A program made the translations under genes and the position numbers. From Promethearchaeum syntrophicum (GTDB lineage: Archaea; Asgardarchaeota; Lokiarchaeia; Sigyniarchaeales; Promethearchaeaceae), in assembly GCF_008000775.2 (NCBI RefSeq), contig NZ_CP042905.2, forward strand, positions 300,001 through 332,000: a stretch of 32,000 nucleotides of DNA, given 5' to 3'. Below, in pieces: positions 1-8,642 of this stretch. A model generated the notes under the pieces. The model saw nothing but the letters and a program-made list of their open reading frames with translations, made no database searches and was not told the DNA's origin. Numbering within the stretch: position 1 is the first letter of the stretch; every line of letters starts with the position of its first letter.

Positions 1-71
1 GCAATCTCCAATAAGGCTGGAGCGGGTTTACCCCCCTCTAGAACTCGTTGAATATAATCTTCTTGAGTCAT
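1..71 (-). CDS. Partial CDS (runs off the left edge), N-terminus MTQEDYIQRVLEGGKPAPALLEIA; N-terminal paralog of the next upstream gene
   Basis: ATG (cat on + at 69-71) with a GAGGTGA-like Shine-Dalgarno just upstream; N-terminus aligns with MEEYLKQVLAGVAKPDPTILKIA of the 100..1413 ORF. Confidence 0.6.
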   Translation of the reverse strand, partial: MTQEDYIQRVLEGGKPAPALLEI

Positions 72-99
72 AATTTCACCTCAATCAATAATTAGGATT

Positions 100-1413
100 T
101 TATCTTGATAATTTGCTCATCTCAAACATTGTTTTCATAATTCCAGAGCCAGATGATTTTAAAAATTCCCAAAATCCTTTTTTCACTCGTTTACTCATAG
201 AGGAAGTATATACAAAAGAAATTTTTCCTTCTTTTGGTCCTATAACAGGTATCCAACGATAATTTTCATTAATCCAATTTCCATCTCTGGTTAACCCAAA
301 AGCAGCCATTATGTTTTCACTTATTTTCTGATTTATCTCCCACTCATTAGCTTTTTTGAATAATATTCTGGCAAGTAATGCAAAATTGAAACCATCCCGA
401 TTTTGTCCATTTCGACTCATTTCCGCGTATCCTTTCCACCAAGCTTTCATAAATACGTCGTATTCTCCAATGGTTAGTGTAGGAAAATCAAAATCTTTCG
501 ATTTACTCATTTCTAAATATACTTTTTTGATTTTAGGATTATCTACAACAATTATAGTAGTTGTCCGGTGTTTTTTATTTCCAAATTGTTTATCTCGGTT
601 TGCTATAAATTCAAAAAGTATTTTTGGATTTTTTTCTTTGGAGAATAAAAACTCTAAGATTCTTGTAAAACCGCCGTCTCGAAATTCAAGGATTTGAGAC
701 GTAATTGGGGATGGATCGTTTTCCTCAAGATCTGGTATCTTTAACCATCCTTTCATTATCCAAAAGAGTAAAATATGAAAGCAATCATCATTAAGTTGCT
801 GGATTTCTCTTTGGTTATTTAAATTTTTGAGATTAAAGCATTCATTTGCCATTTTAGTTCCACTAGTATTGAGAAGTTGAAAAAATCGTTTCATAAGGGG
901 ATCATTCCTTGAAATTGGACCGACTCCATTAGCATGAGTAAGTCCAGATTCTTTTGAAAAAAACTGAACCATGGTTAAATCCATGTATGATTGAATCATT
1001 TTGAGAGTTTTTTGATCTGCTTTAGCTCCCATAAGGTATTGTTTTAAGTAATTACCACTTAAATACGAATCTCCTTTCGTTTTTATCAAGGGTTTCCCGT
1101 AAGCCGGTAATGGTTCGATCCATCTACGTGCATACCAATATGGAATCAAATATTTTACATCTTCAAAAATTTTTTTATGCCTCACTCGAATAACGTCTAT
1201 TTGGAGTAATGCAAGAGTCACTTCAAGGGCAGCCATATGCCCCATCAAATAAATGGCATCACAAATGTTTTTTATGGGGTGTTTCTCCCCCATTATAATT
1301 GGTTCTCCTCCCAAAGGGAGATCAAGTTTATTAATTTCATCTTGAGCAATCTTCAATATGGTTGGGTCGGGCTTAGCTACCCCTGCTAAAACTTGTTTAA
1401 GATATTCTTCCAT
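100..1413 (-). CDS. Hypothetical protein, 437 aa, no recognised domain
   Basis: Long ORF with a GGAGGAG-like RBS upstream; good codon use. Confidence 0.85.
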   Translation of the reverse strand: MEEYLKQVLAGVAKPDPTILKIAQDEINKLDLPLGGEPIIMGEKHPIKNICDAIYLMGHMAALEVTLALLQIDVIRVRHKKIFEDVKYLIPYWYARRWIEPLPAYGKPLIKTKGDSYLSGNYLKQYLMGAKADQKTLKMIQSYMDLTMVQFFSKESGLTHANGVGPISRNDPLMKRFFQLLNTSGTKMANECFNLKNLNNQREIQQLNDDCFHILLFWIMKGWLKIPDLEENDPSPITSQILEFRDGGFTRILEFLFSKEKNPKILFEFIANRDKQFGNKKHRTTTIIVVDNPKIKKVYLEMSKSKDFDFPTLTIGEYDVFMKAWWKGYAEMSRNGQNRDGFNFALLARILFKKANEWEINQKISENIMAAFGLTRDGNWINENYRWIPVIGPKEGKISFVYTSSMSKRVKKGFWEFLKSSGSGIMKTMFEMSKLSR

Positions 1414-1532
1414 TAGACTTTCTCCTCCAAATTCTTTAACTTATGGATTGAAATATTAGATTGAGCAAAAATTACCCCAACTAGAGCAATAAACGCTAAT
1501 ATCATTATATGATTTTGTTTTTTGTTTTTCAT
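1413..1532 (-). CDS. Small single-TM peptide (39 aa) MKNKKQNHIMILAFIALVGVIFAQSNISIHKLKNLEEKV, translationally coupled to the 437-aa gene
   Basis: Manual translation. The stop overlaps the next start (TAATG at 1415-1411 on the minus strand), the RBS of the downstream gene lies in its 3' end, and it has a hydrophobic core IMILAFIALVGVIFA. Not in the supplied ORF track. Confidence 0.5.
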   Translation of the reverse strand: MKNKKQNHIMILAFIALVGVIFAQSNISIHKLKNLEEKV

Positions 1533-1714
1533 TTTTGATCACTTTTGTATTTTTGTTAAAAAAATATCTGTTAAACTTCTATAAAAAAATTTAGAAATTT
1601 TGACTTTCATTTTTTTTCTGGTGTTTTTGAATTCCTTAACTATTCCGATATTAAATAGATTCATCATTTGTTTTGAGTTACGACCTTTTTTTCATTTGAC
1701 ATAGTAATTTCTCC

Positions 1715-2683
1715 ATGAAAAATAAGGTTGAAATCAGTAAAAACAAAAAACAAAAAATAATAAAAAGTGAAAAAAATATGGGTTTATTTTACGATATACT
1801 ACTTTTACAATTCTTCGGATTGATAACGGTGAAAATATGCAATTTTGTCAAAGATCGGTTCGATCTAATCGATCAAATTTGTGATATTTTCTTAAAAACT
1901 GGTATTTATATTCGGGAATTGTGTCATTTTGCAGTATCCAAACTCTTGTTGGTTCCGATAGACTGGTCTGATTTAAATTTTAATAACAAGAAAGGGCGGA
2001 GAAATATTGATTTTGACTTAACGCCTGAATATGTTGAACGTTTAAGTTTCCTTAAGGAGTTTTTAATAGTAACCGCTCCGATATGGATAGGAACGTATTT
2101 AACTTATAAACTGTCCGATTGGTATCGAATTGCTGATGGGATGATATTTAGAATCTTAATTATTATTGGATTCATAATTATTCTCTGTTTTATAAGACCT
2201 ACATTAGCGGATTATGGGGGGATTTTTACAGCTATCATGGAAAAACCCTTCCACTTCTTAAAACAGTTAATTTTCTTGGGGGCCTCATACCTAATCTACA
2301 TTTATAATTATGATTATTTTTACAATAAACTTCCGCATTATCATTATCTATTTGATTTTGTGCTATTGCTTAGTTTAGAGGGGATCTTGGAATTAATAAT
2401 GATTACAATAGGTTTCATTATTAGGAAATTAGGTTCCCTAAGCAACAATGACTTAATTATGTCAAGGCGAGTTTCCCGGATGGTTAGAAGAGATTCAATC
2501 AATGAAATGTTTCCGAGCCGAAGAAGACGAAAAAAGGAAAAAGCACAAATGGATTATTTAAGATCCAGATTTGACCGTCTACCTGATGATGATGAGACTG
2601 TCGCAGAAGAATTTGCGGAGGCGATGATTCAGAATAATAAAATGATGATAGATCTCAAGAATAACGGGATCGATAGCGAATAA
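1715..2683 (+). CDS. Hypothetical multi-pass membrane protein with charged C-terminal tail
   Basis: 322-aa ORF with several hydrophobic segments (e.g. IIGFIIILCFI, FHFLKQLIFLGASYLIYIYNYDYF, YLFDFVLLLSLEGILELIMITIGFII) and a basic/acidic C-tail. Confidence 0.7.
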   Translation: MKNKVEISKNKKQKIIKSEKNMGLFYDILLLQFFGLITVKICNFVKDRFDLIDQICDIFLKTGIYIRELCHFAVSKLLLVPIDWSDLNFNNKKGRRNIDFDLTPEYVERLSFLKEFLIVTAPIWIGTYLTYKLSDWYRIADGMIFRILIIIGFIIILCFIRPTLADYGGIFTAIMEKPFHFLKQLIFLGASYLIYIYNYDYFYNKLPHYHYLFDFVLLLSLEGILELIMITIGFIIRKLGSLSNNDLIMSRRVSRMVRRDSINEMFPSRRRRKKEKAQMDYLRSRFDRLPDDDETVAEEFAEAMIQNNKMMIDLKNNGIDSE

Positions 2684-2692
2684 AATAAGGAC

Positions 2693-2720
2693 TTTTTTTT
2701 TTTTGCTTTTTTATATTTTT
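2693..2720 (+). terminator. Oligo-T tract, candidate archaeal intrinsic terminator
   Basis: 12 consecutive T followed by gcttttttatattttt just after the 2683 stop codon. Confidence 0.35.
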
Positions 2721-2761
2721 TGAAATTCCGTTTTTATAAATAACCTCCCAAATGATCCTGT

Positions 2762-2941
2762 ATGAGATATTCTTCGAGGGGTCCAATATTATTTGTTGGT
2801 GTCTGTGTTGGTCTTTTTATTGCTTATCAGGCTTTAAAAGATCCAATTGAATCATTAATCCATTCAGTTTCTCGGGTGGGATCTACAAATTTTTTGATTG
2901 GATTAGCGGTCATCTTGCTTATATTGATTGGAAGAAGATAA
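2762..2941 (+). CDS. Small two-TM membrane protein (59 aa) MRYSSRGPILFVGVCVGLFIAYQALKDPIESLIHSVSRVGSTNFLIGLAVILLILIGRR
   Basis: Manual translation; two clear hydrophobic helices, ATG start. Below the length threshold of the supplied track. Confidence 0.5.
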   Translation: MRYSSRGPILFVGVCVGLFIAYQALKDPIESLIHSVSRVGSTNFLIGLAVILLILIGRR

Positions 2942-3128
2942 AAAGGTTCAGAATTTGTTGTAGTAAAATAATTCAAGAGATTTTTACGAACTTTCCAGTG
3001 GATTTAGGAAAAAAAGAATTTGGTTTTGACAATTTTATATATTAGTTTTTTATAAAAAATAAATTTCATTATTTTAATACTTCAAGAAACACTCAATTTT
3101 TATTGGTATACAATAATATAATAAATAT

Positions 3129-3917
3129 ATGGCGACAATTTTAAAAAAAAAGAAAGGACATTCAATTAAAATCCCAACTGGTACGAAGGAATGGGCTGAT
3201 TCAAATGTTAATATTTGTAGTGGGTGTAAAAATAATTGTCGCTATTGTTATGCGAAGAAAATGGCGATAAGATTTGGAAGAAAGACCGAAGCTAATTGGA
3301 AAGACATGGAATTGAACCATAAATTAATAAAAAAAAAATATAGCAAAAGATCCGGTCGTATAATGTTTCCAAGCAGTCATGATATTACTTCTGAAATTTT
3401 GGATGCAAGCATGATTGTTTTAGAAAAACTATTATTTGCGGAAAACGAAATTTTAATTACCTCCAAACCAGAATTTGTTTGTATAAGAAGAATTTGTGAT
3501 GCATTTTTACCGTTCCAGAACAAGGTCCAATTTAGGTTTACGATTGGTTCAATGAATAATAAGACGCTAAAATTTTGGGAACCTAACGCACCAATTTTTG
3601 AGGAACGATTAAAATCAATGAAGTATGCATTCGATAAAGGATATAAAACTAGTGTTTCGATTGAACCGTTTTTGGATTTTGATCCTGTTCCATTGGTAAA
3701 AATCTTGGATCCGCATATAACCGAAAGTATTTGGATTGGAAAAATGAATTATATTGCCCGAAATGGTTTAACTAAGCAAGAAGAAAAACACTATGAAGAA
3801 GTTAGAAAGAATTACACAATGGAAAATATTCTCAATATTTATATTGAGTTAAAAGATCATCCAAAGATTCAGTGGAAAGATAGCGTAAAAAAAATGCTAA
3901 ATTTATATTCAAAATAA
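3129..3917 (+). CDS. Radical SAM protein of the phage Gp37/Gp68 (DUF5131)-like three-Cys-motif type
   Basis: CSGCKNNCRYCYAKKMAIRFG contains a CX3CX2C radical SAM cluster motif; remaining architecture and TcmP neighbour agree with this family. Confidence 0.65.
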   Translation: MATILKKKKGHSIKIPTGTKEWADSNVNICSGCKNNCRYCYAKKMAIRFGRKTEANWKDMELNHKLIKKKYSKRSGRIMFPSSHDITSEILDASMIVLEKLLFAENEILITSKPEFVCIRRICDAFLPFQNKVQFRFTIGSMNNKTLKFWEPNAPIFEERLKSMKYAFDKGYKTSVSIEPFLDFDPVPLVKILDPHITESIWIGKMNYIARNGLTKQEEKHYEEVRKNYTMENILNIYIELKDHPKIQWKDSVKKMLNLYSK

Positions 3918-4913
3918 TGTTCTTTGCCGTTGATTAACAATTTCCCACATTTGTTTAACATGTCGCCCATCAAAATCTTTAAATCGTTCATCACGATACT
4001 TTTCTATCAAACTTAACCAAGGAGCATTTGAGCTCATATTACGAACACAAAATAGTAGAGTATAATAAAAACCGATATCTCCTGCTTTGATTTGTAAGGA
4101 TTCAATATTTTCCATCCCAATTTTTTTTAATTGATTTATGTATGAATTCATCCATTTTGTTGGAGGAACCTGTGTCATTTTTCGGCCAAAAAAAGGGTCT
4201 ACTTTTGATGAATCTCTATGCCTCTGAATGGAATAATTTGGATAGTTAATAATTATATCACCAAATTCTCCTTTACAATATTGTCCTTCCCAAGATCGTA
4301 ATTTACTAATTGTTTTATATGGTATATCCATCCCTTCATTATCAATTAGGGCTAAATAATGAGTTTGGTGTCCATATTCTTTCATATCTTCTACTATTTT
4401 ATCAATAAAATCATTAGAATTTACAAAATCATCACTATCATCAACCATAATTTCATAAGACGAATAACCATTTTCGATTACCTTGGATTGAATTTTTTCT
4501 AGCCATAATTTTAAATATTGTCTTTTTTCAGGATCTCCATCATTAGAATAAATTTTATCAAATCCCGAATTTTCCCCCTCTAAACTTTTTGCTGCTGCCA
4601 ATATGGATGATCCAGCAAAATTAAAAGTGTGTCCATGATTATCTGATAATTTTATCATTCCACTTGAACTTAATAGATCTATGAAGCAAATTCGACAATG
4701 AGGTAATTTTCTCCTGATAATTTTCAAATAAATACTCATATACCTCATTATAACGATCTCCTTAATTGTCATCCACCAACCTCTTCCAGGATCTCGATCA
4801 TAACAAGACCCTTCTGGGCATTTTTCAATAATTTTTTTTATATTGCTTGAAGTTTTTTTTAAATATTTCAACCAACTCAGGTGAAAATCAAAATTTGATT
4901 GCTTTTTTGCCAT
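3909..4913 (-). CDS. tcmP: Three-Cys-motif partner (TcmP)-like protein
   Basis: Family-like blocks: IKEIVIMRYMSIYLKIIRRK..CFIDLLSSSG..FNFAGSSILAAAKS, LALIDNEGMDIPYKTISKL, GDIIINYPNYSIQRH. Neighbour is the Gp37/Gp68-like radical SAM gene. Confidence 0.6.
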   Translation of the reverse strand: MAKKQSNFDFHLSWLKYLKKTSSNIKKIIEKCPEGSCYDRDPGRGWWMTIKEIVIMRYMSIYLKIIRRKLPHCRICFIDLLSSSGMIKLSDNHGHTFNFAGSSILAAAKSLEGENSGFDKIYSNDGDPEKRQYLKLWLEKIQSKVIENGYSSYEIMVDDSDDFVNSNDFIDKIVEDMKEYGHQTHYLALIDNEGMDIPYKTISKLRSWEGQYCKGEFGDIIINYPNYSIQRHRDSSKVDPFFGRKMTQVPPTKWMNSYINQLKKIGMENIESLQIKAGDIGFYYTLLFCVRNMSSNAPWLSLIEKYRDERFKDFDGRHVKQMWEIVNQRQRTLF

Positions 4914-5161
4914 TTTTTTGTCCTTTTCAGTGTAAGATTAAATTCCAATTTGAATTTATTATCATCCTTATTTATTATTATTCTCTTACTAATTCAAAAT
5001 TAGAAAGTTAGATTTCAGATTCATTAAAACTTAGATGTTGTTTACTAGACTAATTTATTATTAATATAAAAAGAAATATACTTTTTTTTATGATTATACA
5101 GTGGTTCCTTGAAAAACAACATTTTTTTTGCCATTAATGATATCATTGAAAGTGAGTACAT

Positions 5162-5647
5162 ATGTGGTTTCTATCAACAGAATCAGTCGGAATTTTTTGG
5201 GATTATGAAAATGTGCCATTACGGCATCAAGATTACAAGAGTTTTTTAACCGGTTTAACAAATTATATCAATGCTAATAATGTTGAGTATTTTAAAGTAT
5301 ATTACCAGGCTAAATCCCCTATTTCAGATTCAGATTTTGAGTTATTAAAAAATATCCCTCAAATTCAATTTAAGAAAACTCTTCAAGATGGACCTAATGC
5401 CGCTGACAATAGTTTAATCCAATCTTGTCTGGATGTTTTGAATAATAATGAAGACATTAACCATGTCATTTTAATATCGGGAGATGCCGATTTCTTAACA
5501 TTGATAGACCAATTACATGATTGGGGGGTCAAAATAACGATAATTTGTCAACAGCATAACTACAGTGATGATTTGATCACGGAGAGTCAAAAAGCATACA
5601 CTGTGAGGCATATTTCAACAAATCCTTATAATTGGTGGATAAACTAG
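5162..5647 (+). CDS. NYN-domain (PIN-like, LabA/MARF1-type) putative ribonuclease
   Basis: VGIFWDYENVPL at the N-terminus, HVILISGDADFLTLIDQLHDWGVKITII: conserved acidic active-site motifs of NYN domains. Confidence 0.8.
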   Translation: MWFLSTESVGIFWDYENVPLRHQDYKSFLTGLTNYINANNVEYFKVYYQAKSPISDSDFELLKNIPQIQFKKTLQDGPNAADNSLIQSCLDVLNNNEDINHVILISGDADFLTLIDQLHDWGVKITIICQQHNYSDDLITESQKAYTVRHISTNPYNWWIN

Positions 5648-5806
5648 ATTTCTTTTTTAAATATTATAATAGTGAAGTAATTATAAAGAAGATGAACTTA
5701 AAGCAAATAATATCCCAATTTTCAGAGGTTTCCAAAGAAAAAAGTGAGCTTTTATAAAAATTGTATTTTTCATTAAATATCTACAAATATAATAAGTGGT
5801 GAGAAA

Positions 5807-6622
5807 ATGAATATTCAACAATATCATGGAATTCCATTAGAAATAGAAGAATGCGAATTTTTAACGAGTTTAGAAGAAATCCTCCATAAAAAAATACCAT
5901 TAGTTGAGAAAATTCGCTTTCAAACTTTTGGTTTCATTGTTAAAGATTTTCAAATAATAAAACTTAGTATATTTGGATGTCATCTCTCATATATTCCAGA
6001 ATCGATTGGAAATTTGAAGAAAGTTAAAGTATTATATTTGAGTGAAAATCATTTGAATCAATTACCTTCATCTTTCCAAAAACTTGAAATGTTAGAAGAA
6101 TTATATTTGGATTAAAATAAATTTGAAGTTATTCCCAATTGTGTTAAAGCGCTTAATAAATTGCATAAATTAGTTTTCACTTTCAATCTTTTAACTGAAT
6201 TACCTGATTTTATCGGAAATTTAATAGAACTAAGAATTTTAGATTTAGAGTGGAATAATTTAACCTCCATTCCTGATTCGATTGGAAAATTGAATAATTT
6301 AATAGATTTTAGGTTATTTGAAAATGAAATATCTTTTTTGCCTGAAACCTTTGGAAACTTAACTGCCCTTAAATATTTAAGTCTTGATATTTCAGAGTTA
6401 AGTTCGTTTCCAAAATCATTTAGAAATTTAAAAAATCTAGAGTGGCGTCATTTAAATCCAAATTATTCGCAGATAATAAGATATATTAAAACGCTGAAAA
6501 CAGTTTTGGAAGATATGGAAAGTAAAGGTTTAAAGATTATTTATCTTTGGAATGATGAATGGGTAGATGTTGATTATATTCGCAGAACAGTTCTTTATCG
6601 TGAGAATAAGGGTAGGTTTTAA
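5807..6622 (+). pseudogene. Leucine-rich-repeat protein interrupted by one in-frame TAA (6113-6115)
   Basis: ORFs 5807..6115 and 6161..6622 are in the same frame. The 23-residue LRR unit continues exactly through the stop: LYLSENHLNQLPSSFQKLEMLEE / LYLD*NKFEVIPNCVKALNKLHK / LVFTFNLLTELPDFIGNLIELRI. Confidence 0.7.
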
Positions 6623-6874
6623 TAATTTCCTCTAAAATTCAATTATGCTTATCAAAGGTTCAACTTAATTGATACTTAGGAAAGAAAACGAATTTAAAAA
6701 TTAGCAACAAAATTTCAAATATAATTCATGCTGTTTTAATTGATAAATACCTGATTTAATACAATTCACCAATTGAAAATTAATTATTTTGAAGAGCGAT
6801 AAAATTGTGTTATAGATTTATAAAGATAATCTAATAAATTTGGGTAAAAATTTTTAATCCATGATTTGTGACTA

Positions 6875-7522
6875 ATGTATATCTTGACAAATAATCCTAC
6901 CGGTGAGATTGAACCGAAAGAAATTATCCGATATTTGGTGTGTCAGCAATTTTATTATGGGGACGATAAAATATTTGGTCGAACGAAAGATCTTTTTGAA
7001 TATGTGCCACAATCGGGGCAAGTAATCGATGCTTTTATTAATATAATTTCTAAATTTATTCATTTTATTGACACTGAGGAATATCGAAAATTTTTGGATA
7101 CTTTTAATTCTGAAATACATTCCATTCCAATTGAGTCCCTTTATAATAAATTTTTGAAAAATCTTGAAGAATTGGGCGAATTTAGGAATCAGGTTCTGAT
7201 TATCAGCGAGATTTTAGGAAAATCTCTTGCTATTATCCATAAAACTTGTTTTGATGAAGTGGTTGTTGAATTATATTCCTATATCAGAACAAAAAATCAC
7301 TTACACTCGAGTTCGGAACCGATTTCTGAGGAGGAATTTCAAAATAAATTAAAATATTTCTATGCTCGCGGTGATAGTAATATTGGATTAATATATAGTT
7401 TAAGTTTTTTACGGTTTCTTGCCCAAAAAATCAAAAATACGGATGTCATAACTCGAACTGAAGAATCTCTAATCAAATATTATGAAATAATGAATGAAAA
7501 AATCAAAGAAGTGTTAGTTTAA
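6875..7522 (+). CDS. Hypothetical alpha-helical protein, 215 aa
   Basis: Intact ORF with plausible composition; no family recognised. Confidence 0.65.
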   Translation: MYILTNNPTGEIEPKEIIRYLVCQQFYYGDDKIFGRTKDLFEYVPQSGQVIDAFINIISKFIHFIDTEEYRKFLDTFNSEIHSIPIESLYNKFLKNLEELGEFRNQVLIISEILGKSLAIIHKTCFDEVVVELYSYIRTKNHLHSSSEPISEEEFQNKLKYFYARGDSNIGLIYSLSFLRFLAQKIKNTDVITRTEESLIKYYEIMNEKIKEVLV

Positions 7523-7706
7523 CACCTACTCTCAATATGAAAATTAGAAAATTTCTACATTTTTTTAGAATAGAACTGAATTTAATGATTGGTTGAGTGT
7601 TTCAAAAAAAAAAATTTTTTTAGTGAGGATTCGGATTTAACTCCGTTAATGGGAAGATTATTGCAACATTGGCGTAAAGTAATCAAAGTCGAGCCCAAGC
7701 ATTAGA

Positions 7707-8567
7707 TTAAGACTCATCATCTTCGCAGAAGTTTTCGCCATCTCCATACAAAAAGAAATCCCGCATCAATTTGGCATCAGGAACCATCGAATACCGCTGT
7801 AAATTACAAATTCCATTTTGCATAAGCACTTCATCATCGATGAAGAAATTACCCGTAACTTCCTTGCTGTCTTGAGTAAGAATGAAATAGGCTGCGTCTG
7901 CAACAATTTCAGGTTTTCGGGATTGTTTCATCATTTTTTCTCCTCCCAAAATGTTTTTTATAGCTGCAGTAGCGATTGACGTTCTCGGCCATAATGCATT
8001 AACCGCAATTCCATCTCGTTTCAATTCTGCGGATAGCCCTAGTACGCATTCACTCATGCCATATTTCGACATAGTATAGGCTAAATTATTTTGAAACCAG
8101 CGTGCATCCAAATTTAATGGGGGAGAAAGCATCAAGATGTGAGGATTGGGAGCTTTTTTTAAGTAGGGGATTGCTTTTTGAGAGGTCATGAACGTTCCTC
8201 GAACATTGACATCAAACATAAGATCAAAACGCTTCATTGGCGTTAGTAGAGTAGGAGTAAGGGTGATCGCTGATGCGTTATTGATTAAAATGTCGATTCC
8301 ACCAAATTCTTCAACGGTCTTGGAAATAGCTCTCACAACTTGATCTTCAAATCGGATATCCGTTATAATAGGAATAGCCTCTCCTCCAGCCGATTGAATT
8401 TCTTCAACGGCAGTATATACTGTACCTTCTAATTTTGGGTGGGGGTGTGCTGTTTTTCCTATGACCGCGATTTTAGCCCCATCTTGGGCAGCTCGTAAAG
8501 CTATAGCTTTCCCTATTCCTCGGGAACTGCCGGTTATAAAAAGAACTTTGTTTTTAAGAGAACTCAT
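7707..8567 (-). CDS. Short-chain dehydrogenase/reductase, HSDL2-like
   Basis: TGSSRGIG Rossmann motif, NNAS, YxxxK (YTMSK). HSDL2-type signatures HPHPKLEGTVYTAVEEI, LSPPLNLDARWF, AVNALWPRTSIATAA. Confidence 0.9.
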   Translation of the reverse strand: MSSLKNKVLFITGSSRGIGKAIALRAAQDGAKIAVIGKTAHPHPKLEGTVYTAVEEIQSAGGEAIPIITDIRFEDQVVRAISKTVEEFGGIDILINNASAITLTPTLLTPMKRFDLMFDVNVRGTFMTSQKAIPYLKKAPNPHILMLSPPLNLDARWFQNNLAYTMSKYGMSECVLGLSAELKRDGIAVNALWPRTSIATAAIKNILGGEKMMKQSRKPEIVADAAYFILTQDSKEVTGNFFIDDEVLMQNGICNLQRYSMVPDAKLMRDFFLYGDGENFCEDDES

Positions 8568-8602
8568 ACAATTATCATCCTTATAATGCTATAGACCTTA
8601 TG

Positions 8603-8610
8603 TTTATATA
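8603..8610 (+). promoter_or_regulatory. Candidate TATA box (tttatata) for the 8643 gene
   Basis: TATA-like element about 35-40 nt upstream of the ATG in the divergent gap 8568-8642. Confidence 0.35.
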
Positions 8611-8642
8611 AGAATTTAACTTATGATTTTAAGGGAAAAAAA

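Noticed and set aside
356-697. Plus-strand 113-aa ORF inside the 437-aa minus-strand gene
   Set aside because: Fully antisense to a much longer, RBS-preceded ORF; no domain, so treated as spurious.
1533-1612. Short minus-strand frame MKVKISKFFYRSLTDIFLTKIQK
   Set aside because: Only 23 aa in AT-rich spacer, no clear RBS or conservation evidence.
6872-7120. Minus-strand 82-aa ORF
   Set aside because: Antisense to the better-supported 6875..7522 ORF.
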